A stretch of 63,898 nt of DNA, filler included, from Octopus bimaculoides (Eukaryota): assembly GCF_001194135.2 (NCBI RefSeq). It is 6 parts of 6 records of this genome, joined end to end, with 100 filler letters (N's around TTAATTAATTAA, not from the genome) between each part and the next. Parts side by side here need not be neighbours in the genome. Positions count along the whole stretch, not along the records: positions 23,456 to 41,014 come from NW_026383535.1; 5 more parts are not named here. One strand, written 5' to 3'. Made by a program: the position numbers and the translations under genes. This document shows, piece by piece, positions 25,171 through 39,306 of this stretch. The notes beneath the pieces were generated by a model that was not told the origin of the DNA, did no database searches, and saw only the letters and a program-made list of their open reading frames with translations. Each line of letters begins with the position of its first letter. Position 1 is the first letter of the stretch.

Positions 25171-26804
25171 TGAATGTATACATGATTTAGGTTCTGTCGA
25201 AATGCCATCAAATTTTTGAGAATGTGCACTTAATGCGACTGAGTTTTAAAAGACGAAAAAGACAGTGTTTGCATGTTTAAATGGTTATGCACGAAACATT
25301 AAAAGGCTGATTGAAAAAGACAAAGGAAGAATGTAAAAAAAGGGGGACGCACAAAATAGAAAGGGAGTGAAAAAACGCTGAATGAAATGAGAGTCTTTTA
25401 CGGAAAGAAAAATTAGAATACATGAAGGAATTAAAAATACCTTATGTTAAAGATATGCATGATTCAAAGATGAAAGGAACGGAGAAGGAAGTTAAATATG
25501 ACTAAGGAGAAAGGAATGTTTAGAAAAGGGTGCTTAGAAAAGGGCGAAGGATTCAGGGAAAGAATGAAGAAATAAAAAGGGAAAGAGATTGAAAAGAAAC
25601 TATGAAAACGATTGGAACAATAGTGTCTTATACGAAACGTTTTGGATGGAAGCGTATCAATTTTAAAAACTATGAAAATATATTTTAAGAATAACGTATG
25701 ATAGGTGAAGAGGAAAGTAAAGTATATTGGGATTTTAACATAAATCTGAAATGTCTGTGATTTTCACTAAAAGTCATTGTTCATGCCTTGAGTGCGAAAT
25801 AAGTTCAGAATTTCTATTGAATTTATTTCCATTTTGGAATAATTTTTCACCTTTTTCGTAGATGTTTGAATGTAAAAAGAAAAATAGAAATCAAGATCCA
25901 TGATTAAGTTTTACGTATTTTCATTTTCTAACATTTACAATTCTGCGTCAAAATTTGTGCAGTTGTTTTCTAAGATTCATATATAAAACATTCAATGAAC
26001 TGAGATCTGCACGTCTGACTGTAACTTCTCGGGTATTCGTATGTTAGTTTATAATACTTTTGGCGATTTAAGGAACCATATCCATAATATTCTTTGTTAA
26101 TTTGGTCATTTATCGGTGACACCACTGCTTAAACAGGGAAATTGTTCTAACAAGAAACTAGACAACAATAAAAAAAATGTGTGTGTGTGTACGCGTGTTT
26201 GTGTGTGCGTCTGAATTTATGCGTATGTATATATGTTGGCGCTGCATAGTTTCAACGCAATTTCCTTTCAAAATATGGCAATTTTTCATATAAGTATTGC
26301 TGGAAAATATTATCAACAAGCGAATGGATGATCTGTCAAAACTAATTTTATAATAAAACTCACTCTTCTATCGATGTTGTGACCCTCACGAGTAAATGTA
26401 GAAAAGTTTAACACCAATACATTTTACGTATGGAAAATTATGGTATATATGATATGTCGAAAGGCGGGTAACTAAGGAATAAGAATAATACCAAACATTC
26501 CATCTTTGGACTTAATAATATATTATACTAAGTAACTAATTTATTATAGTCGGAATTTCTGTTTGTACGAATGGTTTCCTTTGAGGAAAATTGTCTACAT
26601 CGATACAGCCTGTTAGCCATATTCACAAGAACGCTCATTGGGGACTCAGCTCGGATTTGATAATTTCTTTGTATGTCATACACACGCGTCGTGCACATGC
26701 GCACACAGTTAAGGATATATGAATAAAGCATTTTTGTAGTTAATCATAATACATTGGTGATAATATTAGTTTCCAATTTTTGGCAGGAGTCCAGAAATTT
26801 TCAA

Positions 26805-26910
26805 GGAAGGGGCAAATTTCGATTGCATCAACCCCGGTGCTCAACAGGTACTTACTTTATCGGCTCCGCAATCATTCAAGGCAAAGTTGACCTCGGCGAA
26901 CTTTTAAATT
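26805..26910 (-). mobile_element. Meta-domain-like SINE fragment
   Basis: Reverse complement of gaggtcaactttgcct...gataaagtaagtacc...ggggttgatgcaatcg. Confidence 0.6.
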
Positions 26911-26924
26911 CTGAAAGCAAAGGC

Positions 26925-27077
26925 GAATGAAATGCCGAAGAAGCTTGCTTGCCAGCCACATGGTTCCGGGTTCAATCCCACTGCGTGGCACATTAGGCAA
27001 GTGTCTTCTACTATAGCCTCGGGCCACTCAAAGCCTTGTGAGTGGATTTGGTAGACGGAAACTGAGAGAAGCCCGTC

Positions 27078-27115
<38 letters not shown>
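26925..27115 (+). mobile_element. SINE 5' half running into (TA)n and a gap
   Basis: ggttccgggttcaatcccactgcgtggcac...ggtagacggaaactgagagaagcccgtcg. Confidence 0.78.
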
Positions 27116-27479
27116 NNNNNNNNNNNNNNNNNNNNNNNNNNNNNNNNNNNNNNNNNNNNNNNNNNNNNNNNNNNNNNNNNNNNNNNNNNNNNNNNNNNNN
27201 NNNNNNNNNNNNNNNNNNNNNNNNNNNNNNNNNNNNNNNNNNNNNNNNNNNNNNNNNNNNNNNNNNNNNNNNNNNNNNNNNNNNNNNNNNNNNNNNNNNN
27301 NNNNNNNNNNNNNNNNNNNNNNNNNNNNNNNNNNNNNNNNNNNNNNNNNNNNNNNNNNNNNNNNNNNNNNNNNNNNNNNNNNNNNNNNNNNNNNNNNGAA
27401 ACACACAAAAAAAAAAAGAATTAAAAAACAAAAAGAGAAACATTTTGCCCGGATGTGCTCACAATTCTGCCTTACATTG

Positions 27480-27525
<46 letters not shown>

Positions 27526-27811
27526 ATAATAATAATACATAATAATAATGTTAGTGACAATAAATGAAGAAATTGGTCTTCAGCTGAAATAAGGAACGGT
27601 TCTTTCATTTCTTTAAAATAACCTTATCACTATGACCAATCAACACCAGTACATAGATGTGTGGGTGGGTGGGTGTGCATGCTTATTTATTTAGTTATAA
27701 AGTTCCATGTCCGTATGGTACCTTTCTCTCTCTTTTTTTCTTTCCTTGTTACTCATTCTCTGTCTGTCTGTCTGTCTCTCTCTCTCTATCTATCTATCTC
27801 TCTCTCTCCCT

Positions 27812-27891
<80 letters not shown>

Positions 27892-27949
27892 TACACACAT
27901 ACTGATACTCACCTTTGCTGAAATGATATGAGTGTGTTTGTGTGTATTA

Positions 27950-27980
<31 letters not shown>

Positions 27981-28083
27981 GTATGTATATATATGTGTGT
28001 GTATATATGTGTGTGTATATATGTGTGTGTATATATGTGTGTGTATATATGTGTATGTATATATATGTGTGTGTATATATATG

Positions 28084-28128
<45 letters not shown>

Positions 28129-28427
28129 CGAGAGGGGGAGGGGAGAGGGAGAGAGAGAGAGAGAGAATAATGGATGTGTGTGAAATGTGACTTGCCTGCC
28201 CAATTCAGTCAACAGCAACAATGCTGCTTACGATATTGACCGAACATTTAGAAACTTTTGTTTGATGCCAATTAGCTCCGTACAGCGTCGGAAAGCAGGA
28301 TTTCTTAATTAATTGATTGGGGACGCCAGAGTGAGGTTACACAAAACAACAACAACACAGAAATAGCTGTCGTCGTGTAAAATAGTTCAATTACCAGCCT
28401 CCTCCACCACATTGATTTTTATCCTTA

Positions 28428-29495
28428 TTAGCATCTCCACACCGTTGATATCATTATAGCTATCATCATCATCATCATCATTAAAGCTATCACCATCGTC
28501 GTTGTCATCATCATCATCATTGTGGTGGTCGTGGTCGTCGACGTGGTCTTCATCGTCATTTGTGTCCTCGTTGTCATCCTCACCATCATTGTCATCATCA
28601 TTATATCATCATCATCATTGTCAGCAGCATCATCATCATCTGCATCATCATCACTATCATGCTCATTATATCCTTTCTCTTCCCCCTCCTCCTCATCACC
28701 ATCATTATCATCAACATCATCCTCATTATATCCCTTCTCCTCCTCCTCAACATCATCCTCACCTTTCACCATCGTCATTCTTCCACCTCCTCCTCCTCCT
28801 CCTCCTCATCATCATCATCATCGTCATGATCTTCACCATCATCATTTCACCAGCATCCGCACCACTACCGCTAAGTTTGCCGCAACTACCATCATCATCA
28901 TCATCATATGGGATACTTTTGATGAGAAGTATATTATAAACCAACATCATCATCATCATCATCACTACAATCACCGTCATCCCCGTTATCATCACCATCC
29001 TCTTGCTCCTCTTCCTGCTCCTCCTCATCATCATCATCGTCACCATCATTATCATCCTCATTATCTGCCTCCTACTCATCATCATCATCATCATCCTCAT
29101 TATCATCACCATCTTCCTCCTTCTGTTCCTCCTCTTCATCATCATCATGGGCATCATCATCATCACCATCATGCTCATTATATCTCTTCTCCTCCCCCTC
29201 CTCCTCCTCCTCATCATTATCATCATCCTCACCATCATTATTTCGCCAACATCTTCACCGCAACTACCATCATCGTTGTCTCCTCACTCCTACCACAATA
29301 GCCATCGTCATCATCATCATCATCATCATCAGCCCCGCCACCACCACCATCATTATCCTCCTCGTTCTATCATCTCTTACACTATAATTTCTCCATGCCA
29401 TGATGATAAGAACGATAATCATTGTCTTCATCACCACCTCCATCACCGTTGTGATCATCATCATCATCGTCATCATCATCATCATCACCGCTAAT
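28428..29495. repeat. Degenerate (CAT)n/(CCT)n trinucleotide array, about 1.07 kb
   Basis: Continuous cat/cct/cac triplets that generate the poly-His/Ile/Ser/Met ORFs in the track. Confidence 0.9.
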
Positions 29496-30411
29496 CAATG
29501 CAGTTTTAGCACGATGTTCTTTCACTCTAACAAACGAGTTACAATCAATAAACTACAACTTGATTTGATGCATTTAGGGAGCGATCTCTTGATTTCTGGG
29601 GTTCCATATCGGAACCCCCATTTCAGTTCTTCTTCTTCTTCTTCAACCTCCACCTCGTCATCATCTTCATCGTCTCTCTTTCCTCCATCATCTTCTCATC
29701 TTGATTTCTTGTTACTAATTCATCTTCTTTTTTCTTCATTTATTCTTTCCTTTTGTTCGTATTTTTTCATCTTCGTCTTATTATTTTCCTTTGTCTCACT
29801 ATCATTGTTTTCCTTATTGTTGTTGGTGCTGTTGTTGTTATTATTATTATTATTATTGTTATTATTATTATTATTATTATCATCCCTCTGTTAAAAGTAC
29901 ACGTGATGCATTCTGACGGTGTTCCAAATTAGATTAGATTTGATTGCAAACCTTTCTTTATTTCCTAGTCTTGTTCGCAGAATAAGATTTTCCTTAGAGT
30001 AGATTTTTTTTCTGGACTTCACGTATGGAATGTCTCCCAGACAATTAATTCTTCGATTCCTATGTTGTACCACGATTCACAACTTCTGGCACTCCCATAA
30101 CCATTCTTGTATCCGTATTCCTCGAACTCATTATTCCAATCAACAGGGTTTTTTGTTTTGGTTTTTTTTTACAGTTCCTTTTAATCTCTTTTATCTGGTA
30201 TTGTGAGGTTATTGCCATCTAGTCCAAACAAGATCAATTGCGGCAGGGATTTTCAAACTTAAACATACTATTCCCACCACACCAACAACAACATGACCAC
30301 CACGATCACGACGGCTATGACCACCACCACTACCACCAGCACAACACATGCATATTTTTTGTACCTACCTCACATTTATATGCGAAAACAAAACAGAGCT
30401 TCGGAGATGTA

Positions 30412-30726
30412 CGGGGAAGTGTTGAAAAGCTCCTAGCTTTGAGTAGAAGAAAATACAAAAGAATCAATTATGATTTTATTTAACATATTCTTGTTTGTTA
30501 ACAACAAACAAGATAAGGACAAATATCCGTCAAATGTAAATAATGTACATAATTCCTCATCTCTTAAATATAGAACTGTATTAACATATTCCCCCTCTCA
30601 GATTGACACATCTATTGCAGAGGTCTTTCAGTTTTTCCCTGCCCTGTAAAAGAACTCGGAAGGTTGGGCCTCCAAACAAGCCTTTCGCGATACCCTTACA
30701 GCCAGGAACTTTTCAGCACCCCTTCG
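30412..30726. mobile_element. Mariner-derived MITE (315 bp) with TA target duplication
   Basis: TA|cggggaagtgttgaaaagctcctagct ... agccaggaacttttcagcaccccttcg|TA; 27-bp TIRs matching at 20/27. Confidence 0.75.
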
Positions 30727-30954
30727 TACTTGCCTGTCTGGAGATTTGATAAGAGATGGTGTGTTCAAAACAATTACAGCGTAGAAGAAACAAATTAGTC
30801 GTTTAAAAATACACACAAAGACCTCACTTCGCTTCAAAAATTATTTTTTGGCGTCAAACTTTTCGTCGCACAGATTACGACACAAATCCTTGCAACAGAG
30901 TTTACAATCATATAACCCTTTTTCCTTCACCATTTTAATTTTACTCTTTTTTTA

Positions 30955-31305
30955 CTCTTTTACTTGTTTCAGTTACCTGACTGCGGCCATGCTGGGGCGC
31001 CGCTTTTAGTCGAACAAACCGCTTATTCTATGTAAGCCTAGCACTTATTCATCGGTGTCAAGCGATGGTGGAGGACAAACACAGACACACAAACATGCAC
31101 ACACACACACTCACTCACTCGCGCACACATACACACACATATATGCGACGGGCTTCTTTCAGTTTCCGTCTACCAAATCCACTCACAAGTCTTTGGTCGG
31201 CCCGAGGCTATAGTAGAAGAGACTTGCCCAAGGTGCCACACAGTGGGACCGAACGCAGACCAATGCGGTTGGGAAGCAAACTTCTTACCACACAGCCACG
31301 CTAGT
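30955..31305 (-). mobile_element. SINE with an internal CA microsatellite
   Basis: Same two-part organisation as 24810-25170. Confidence 0.78.
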
Positions 31306-31329
31306 GCCTACGATGACGTTGTACTTTTG

Positions 31330-31800
31330 TTTCTATTGTTAATTCTTTTGTTGTTTTACATCCTTTAGCTTCCATCAAAATATTTCTGTTTCTCTTTACT
31401 TGATTGCTTCTTTATTTCTATTGTTCTGTCATTTAATTCTCGGTAAAGTCTTTTCCTATTGTCTGAAAATATTTTATTTCACTCGAGTTGTTTGATTGGT
31501 TTCTCAAATTTCTGTATTCTACGCTTTAAAGTTCACCAGTTGAATTAATGTTCCTTTTGTGATTTTAAGACCTACTTTGTCTTCCATTTAAAGCTTTTTA
31601 TGTAACTTTACCATTTTGTGTATTGACAGTTTGTATTCCTGTTATCGCTTATCTTTATCTGCATTTATCTCTTGCAATTTATCCTTCGTTGATTCATTTG
31701 TTCCGTTCGAAATCCATTCTAGATTTTCTTGTTAACTCTCTTATTTCTGAATTCTATGCTTCGTTGTTCATCTATGTTTGAACTCAGGTGTTTTTTTTTT
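31330..31800 (-). mobile_element. RLE-type LINE remnant (region upstream of the RT domain)
   Basis: Minus frame NIFSDNRKRLYRELNDRTIEIKKQSSKE resembles the QNKLF..NQKRFYREL linker of R4/Dong-like ORFs. Confidence 0.5.
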
Positions 31801-31877
31801 CTTTCTTAGGTTATTTTTCTGGTTCTGAGGTGTTTTATTCCGTTCAATATTATATTTTTTTTTCGAGGAGTCGATGA

Positions 31878-32090
31878 GCTGACAGAATCGTTACGGCGCC
31901 AAGCAAAATACTTAACGGCATTTCGTCTGTCTTTACGTTCTGAGTTCAAATGCCACCGAGGTCGACTTTACTTGTCATCCTTTCTGAATTGATATGGTAC
32001 TTATCATATCAATTCAGAAAGGATGCAATCGACTTACCCTCTTCTCCGAAATTGATAGCCTTTGCCAAGATTTTCTAAAATTTAAAATCA
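31878..32090 (+). mobile_element. Meta-domain-like SINE
   Basis: cagaatcgtta..cgccaagcaaaatacttaacggcatttcgtctgtctttacgttctgagttcaaat..ccgaggtcgacttt. Confidence 0.72.
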
Positions 32091-32117
32091 ATATTATTCT
32101 TTGGAAAAAGCCGACGA

Positions 32118-32223
32118 ACTGCCAGAATCGATAGCACGCCAGGTAAGATGCTTAGCGGCATTTTTGTCCGTCTTTGCGTCCTCGGTTCGAATTCCACCGA
32201 GGTAGACTTTGCCTGTCGTCATT

Positions 32224-32279
<56 letters not shown>

Positions 32280-32490
32280 TATATATGTTTGTGTGTCTGT
32301 GTTTGTCCCCCCAACATTGCTTGACAACCGATGCTGGTTTGTTTACATCGCCGTCACTTAGCGGTTCAGCAAAAAGAACAATAGAATAAGTACTAAGCTT
32401 ACAAAGAACAAGTCCTAGGGTCGATTTGCTCGACTAAAGGCAGTGCTCCAGCATGGCCACAATCAAATGACTGAAACAAGTAAAAGATAT
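32118..32490 (+). mobile_element. Composite SINE: Meta-type head + (TA)n + 3' half of the other SINE family
   Basis: The head matches 45985-46065; the part after (TA)n matches 56300-56500. Confidence 0.65.
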
Positions 32491-33974
32491 ATATATATAT
32501 ATATCTATCTATATATATATATATATATATATAGTTTGACAGATATACAGAGAGACAGACTCACAGACAGGCAGATCGATTGACTGATAGATAGGTAGGT
32601 AGGTAGGTAGGTAGATAGTAGATAATTAAATATAAAGGCAAATATATTATTTATTTACGTATGTATGCATGTGTGTGTGTGTGAGCACGTACTTGTATCT
32701 CTCTTCTGCTTTCTATTTTCTTTGAATTGCAATCTCTTACTTTCCTTCTCTCTTTCTCTACCTCTTTTCTCCACAGACTTTTCCACACCTCTCTATCCCT
32801 CTCTGTCTCTCTCACACTTGCCTCGCTGTCTCCTTTCCACCTCTCTATCTATTTCCCTCGTACCTCTATCTATCTTCNNNNNNNNNNNNNNNNNNNNNNN
32901 NNNNNNNNNNNNNNNNNNNNNNNNNNNNNNNNCCCTTTCTCTCTCTCCCCTCTCTATCTTCCCCCCCTCTCTCTCTCTCTCCCCTCTCTATCTTCCCCCA
33001 TTCTCTCTCCTCTTATTCTCAAACCAACATATAACAGCAATGTCTCTACCATACGTTTCAACCGCCAAAACGCCAGTCAATATACGTCGCCGTCACCACC
33101 TGAAACCCCGCCCGAAATCTCTACAACCTCTGCTCATTACAAGAGGAAACTGTAATACTTTAAAGAGAATTTTATTTGGTCAAATTGGTGAGAATTATTA
33201 GCAATTTCATTGCACATGCTTTTCATGAGAAGATACAGCTCTGTCACTACAGAATAACGCTGACATTGGCGGGATTATTACAGGTTTTCATCTACCAGTG
33301 ACTCAATCACTAATAGTGGATGACTTAGGTCACAGATGCGTTTGACAGTAACTAGGCTGCGCTATCGTCTGCTTTTCTGATTGCGTAAGTGCGCATGTGT
33401 GTGTATGTGTGTATTTCTGTGTACGCACATATATTTGTTTGTATGTACGTACGACTGTGTATTTATGATGTACATATGTGTGTGTGTGTGTGTGTGTGTG
33501 TGAATCTACGAACGTTCGTATGTACGTATTTATGAATGTATCTATGTATATGTTTTTCTTCTTGATATATAAAGGTTCTTCTATGTATAATATGAATGTA
33601 CACGCAATATACAATGCACATATGTACGTATATGCATATATATATGTGAGTGTGTGCGCGCTTATATGTAAATTTGTCTTTAAGATACTTCACTGTATAA
33701 TTTGAATGTACACGTAGTGTACATATGTATAAACTTATGTATATACGTATGTATGTGTTACGTATGTGGTATATGCACACTTACACACACACGCATGGAC
33801 ACACACACACTAACATACATAGAGAATTGTGACTAAATCACACAATATCATACATACATCCATACATACACACACATATATACACACACACACACCTTGA
33901 AGTGTGCGTGTATTTGTGATTGCGCATGTTTGTACTTATATATATATATATATATATATATATANNNNNNNNNN

Positions 33975-34019
<45 letters not shown>

Positions 34020-34969
34020 ATGGGAATGTATATGTGTATGGGAATGTATATGTATGTATATATAGTGACAGCTAACGCAATGAAGTACGTTTGTGTCTGC
34101 GTTCGTTTGTGCATATGCATGTCACTGTGTGTGTGTGTGTGTGTGTATACTTGTGTGTGTATGGGAGGAAAAGTGAGAAAGACAGTGGGTAAGGGTGTAG
34201 AAACAGGAAATTGTCTTCTTGAAGAATTTATTGGCACATTTAAGAATGTGGTTACATTGCGTCTTCCTGATTTCCTCCCAATATATCTTCGTATATTTCT
34301 CTCTCTCTTTCTAACTCTTTCTCTCTCTCTCTCTCTCTTCATATACATACATACATACATACATACATACATACATACATACATGCATGCATGCATGCAT
34401 GCATGCATGCGTGTGTATGTTTGTATGTATGTATACTTTCAGGCGAGCGCGTGAATGTTACTTTAGATTCGTTCGTACAGTACTTATGACAACATCACGC
34501 TACGTCATGTCCACGTGGCATTTACACAAACGTCTGGCCTATGCATCCACGGGGTAAGCGCATACACATACATACACGTATAAACACATACATACATACA
34601 TACACGTACACACTTGCACGGTGCTCACATACACTCGCACATACGCATATACATACAAGCATGCATACATACATGCTTGCGTACAAAGATGCATACATGC
34701 ATATATGCAGTCATGCAGACATAGATATGCTTTGCGTATACACATATACAACGTACACATACATACAAACTTAAATACATACATGTACACATAACACGCA
34801 CATACATACATACATTCAAACGAAGGTAATGGCTGCCATTTCATTTCGAGTATTGCTATCACGTGATCACTCCCTTAACATACGCATCACAGATGTGCTA
34901 GGGACCTAAATTCTTTTCAAAGAAGTAGCAATGATGGGCGTCTCTTGCAGCAGGTGTTCAAAGATTTTA

Positions 34970-35006
<37 letters not shown>

Positions 35007-35454
35007 CTCGTGCTTTCTTTTCACCAAATAATTTTTAATTGAATATTTTGTCTTTCTCGGTGGCGCCCAGCCATAGTATGTTATACATAAGTAAGATGTT
35101 AAAGCCTAACGAGTCTTGTGCCTGCAGCTTTTTAAGGTGAAGCGGGCCTTGCACTAGATTAGTCTCACTCTTTAAACAATGTATACATACATACATAACA
35201 CACGCGCGCGCATGCATGCATGCATGCATACATACACACATACAAACAAAAATACCCTGTTGTTGATGTTGAAATTCCAATGAAGGAGCCTTGGATCTAG
35301 ATTAGAAACCGGTTCTTTCTCTTTTGGCAAGAAATCTTGAAATAAACTGAATAATGACATACATACATACAGACGTACATCAACACACATACATGCGTAC
35401 GTGCAACTTCTGTCACGTGTAAACATAAGCCAGATAGCATTGTTTAAGACGGAC

Positions 35455-35745
35455 AAGAGAAAGTACTTGCTGACATAGAGGTGAGCTGTTCAGCTGGTGT
35501 GAATATCTCTTCGAAAATCAACGAGAAAGAAAATAAGTGTGGACAACTGCTTTGAAACCTTCAGCTCCAGATTATAAATTCATGTTTATACCAAAAGTAA
35601 TTGGTGCGCTTGGTTTTGTAAGTAAAAGCCTCAGTGAAAATCTGGATAAGCTAGGATTTTCAGAAATAGAAGTCAACCAACTAACTTGCTCGTTAGAAAT
35701 ACAACCTATAAGCAGAACAGTAAAACTTATGTAAGACTTTTCTTC
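35455..35745 (+). mobile_element. RLE-type LINE C-terminal remnant
   Basis: YKFMFIPKVIGALGFVSKSLSENLDKLGFS...LEIQPISRTVKL; same family as 44562-45235. Confidence 0.75.
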
Positions 35746-36217
35746 TGTTTTCAATTATTTCAATTCTTCCATTAAGGAAGGAAATGGTTTCTAACAAAGA
35801 TATCAAGCTACTTCGTTGGAATGTGAGTAAAGAAAAACGATGTCACATTTTAAACTTCGGAAATGTCTTATATATCATTAAAGTCGTACTTACAGATTGT
35901 ATTTGTAATGTAGAGTTCACTGATTGATTTCTCTTTCAAAAATCCAAGCTTACCCAGACTGCCAGTTGGGCATTTCTTCACGAAACCAAATGCACCGATT
36001 TTTGGTCTAAATGTAAATTTGTAATCTGTATACAGAAGCTGGAGATTTCAAAGCAGTTATCCATAGTTATCTTCATTCTCGTTCGTTTTCAAAGAAGTAT
36101 CCGTATCGGCTGGACAGCTGACCTCTGTGACGGTACATTCTTTTACTTCTTATCCCAAAGAACAATATCCAGTCTGTTATGCTTACATAATAAATATATA
36201 CATATAGAGACACACAA

Positions 36218-36592
36218 TGGCCCAGTCGTGGTTAGGGCAGCGGACTCGCGGTCGTAGGATCGCGGTTTCGATTCCCAGACTGGGCGTTGTGAGTGCTTAT
36301 TGAGCGAAAACACCTAAAGTTCCACCATGGCTCCGGCAGGGGATGGTGGCGAACCCTGCTGTACTCCTTCACCACAACTTTCTCTCGCTCTTTCTTCCTG
36401 TTTCTGTTGTACCTGTACTTCAAAGGGCCAGCCTTGTCACACTGTGTCACGCTGAATATCCCCGAGAACTACGTTAAGGGTACGCGTGCCTGTGGAGTAC
36501 TCAGCCACTTGCACGTTAATTTCACGAGCAAGTTGTTCCGTTGACCGGATCAACTGGAACCCTCGTCGTCATAAGCAACGGAGTGCCAACAA
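36218..36592 (+). mobile_element. tRNA-derived SINE (about 375 bp)
   Basis: A/B-box-like head (ggtttcgattccc) with a long non-tRNA body; close copy at 48023-48402. Confidence 0.82.
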
Positions 36593-38739
36593 TAGACACA
36601 CATAATTACATACATACAAACGTACATACGTATGTATGTAATGCATGTAATATATGTAAGTATATATAATTTCCGTACACAATGTAATGATGAAAATAAG
36701 TTTATAGAAGACAACAGGTTTTCCAAATTGCAGCGCAGTTGAATCGAACCCTAGACTATGTGTTTGCGAAGTGACCTTTGTACCTATGCAGCCATGTCTG
36801 AGCTTCATGCTTGAGCTGGGAATCGACAAGAAACAACAGATTTAATTAGACGCCAACATAATACTACTCTTCCCCGACCTTTGGATAATTTTTTTGGTTT
36901 TGTTTTATTGATTTCATTGGCTGGGACAGAACTCCTCCCACTATTGGGAGATCGGAAAATGTAATGGTTTAATGACCATTCCTTTCTTTGGTTTAGCAAA
37001 CGTATTCAATGGAAACTTCGAAAGAGAAACGCGTGTTTCTATAATTTTATGTATATTTGAAATGACGTACAGACAAACGGCCGCCTACACAAAACACACA
37101 GATTGCAAAACGTGAGCACCGAACTGCATATAAACGCACCTAAATTACACGCACGCACGCACGCACGCACGCACGCGCGCGCGCACACATATATATATAC
37201 ATATAGCATGCACAGGGCTATGGACGTGCAACAAACACACTCGCAGACACAATCACACAAACACACACACAAACATGCACACCAACACGCACACTTATTC
37301 ACATATAAAGTGAAAAACATGTATGCTCCTATACGTAAACCGACCCGCTAGAAATAGCAACTAGATTTGACTTAAACCATACACTTTTCTTTCATTTATA
37401 TATTTTTTCTTGTAAAAAAGAAGAAGGCGATTAATAATGGAATCCTAGGAATTACTTGCCTGAATATAAGACAGGAAGGTTACGAATAGAATTCCTTTGA
37501 GCATAGGGCTGCTCCGTTAAAGCTGTTTTGGAACAAAACAGCAACAACAACACAAATTTATGATTCCATATTTTAGTATAAAAATTAAAATTAACTTGGG
37601 CAAATTTCTGACTCTTGGAACAAATCCTGAAGAATGACTTTTGTCCGAATCGTAAGAAACTTCCCTTTGAAACAGTCTACCAACTTAAATAATTTTATAT
37701 TTCTACTAGTACTCTATTTGCCCGTGTATATGACTAACTTTTGATTTAGTATTAAATCTTGGCATAAAATGTCTTCCCTTCCTATTTTCATTTTCGCTCT
37801 GTAAAATAAGTCACCTCCCAGGTTTGTCAGTTAAAATCAAGTATAAAATTGTATGACTTAAGCACAATTAAATACGCAGTTATAAATTTTACTGACGCAG
37901 GTAGTCACAGGACTCCTTGAATTCTGTTCTTTATCGATGATTGTTATAACGTTTCTCATCACTTTTAGCTCAGTCTACAGAGAAATAGGCAAAACTGACA
38001 TGTTTTCGATGTCAACAACGAAGGTTTCTATATATGAGGTTCGATATTCTCATGAGAAAAATCATAGCTTTACTAGATTTATTTTCTGCTTGAATATTAC
38101 TTCATAGATTTGTCTCCCTTGCGTGAACGAAAGAAATTATTTTTGTTGCTGTTATGTGATGATAAAAGTGGATCGATGGGAAATGATAAAGCACCAGATT
38201 AATTACGTGTCAGTACGTATTTACATGGATGTTAAGACCTGTCTGTTTAGCATTATTGTTAAACCTATCAATTATTTTCCGTAGTTGATCTCACTTTTAG
38301 GAGAGGGCTGTCAGATCATCCACGCAGTCAAGATTTTCTAAATGGGGAAAATAAGCACGTGTTCACTGGGTGGTCTTGGGATTGTCTCATCTGTCAAATT
38401 TAAGATAACTTAAATAAGAATGGATGAGCGGATACGTCTCTGTCATACACGAGATTCCACCGAAAACCCTTCAACGAATGTTTTATCAATGGTTACACTT
38501 CATTCGGATATCTGATTTGAGCCCTTATTTAGGTTAGTGATTTTCGTACTTGTGTTTCTTAGTTTTTAAATTGCGGATAACCACCTTAATATATACATTT
38601 GTATGGTTTCGAAGTGCAAAAAAGTTGACCAAAATAGGTCCGGAGTGGGATGATGAGGGACAGAGGTCTAAAAATAAGGGAGTTTTCATACAAAAATACC
38701 CTCCCAACCCATCATTTCGCAGGCTGTGGTTTAAAAAAA

Positions 38740-39306
38740 AACGAAGAAAATCCCAGAAAGATTTTTCCCCACAAATTTCTTTATAATGTCGTTTGAAAGG
38801 GATTTGTATAAATTTTCATTCAAAGATACCGATCTTCCTGAGAGTTACGAGGGAAAAAAAGTCAGATCGTGTGAATTTTCTGAAACTCCTCTCTCCACCT
38901 CCTCACAAAAATTCTTTCCCATACATCCCTATATACTCTGAAGCCACAACATCTAAGTAATTCATGTTTATTTCATTCATGGTATGCAATGTTCTCTCTC
39001 TCTTTCTCACGTACACGCCACAAAGCTTACAAATGAGCTGCTGAATTGAAATCTCTATGCTGCTTTGAGAGGAAGGTAAAGCTTGACAAACTGCTTCTGT
39101 GTTGTTGGACTACTGTGATGTTTGTTTAAAATAGAGATTATAACTGTGATAAAACAATGAAAGCAATATTTACCAAGCAAGTGAGCACTATTATACAAAG
39201 GAATAATTAGACGTAAAATATAAAAATAATTATAAATGGAAATCAAATGTGAAAATATCATCAAGGGGCTAGCAGAAAACCGCTCGGAGGGCGGTCTTTC
39301 TGCTAG
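38740..39306 (+). mobile_element. Non-autonomous Helitron-like repeat
   Basis: Ends accgc-tcggagg-gcggt hairpin, ctttctg, CTAG|T (39303-39307); second copy at 13513-14190. Confidence 0.6.

Noticed and set aside
28428-29494. His-, Ile- and Met-rich ORFs up to 259 aa
   Set aside because: Open in many frames on both strands because of the triplet repeat; no splice or homology support.
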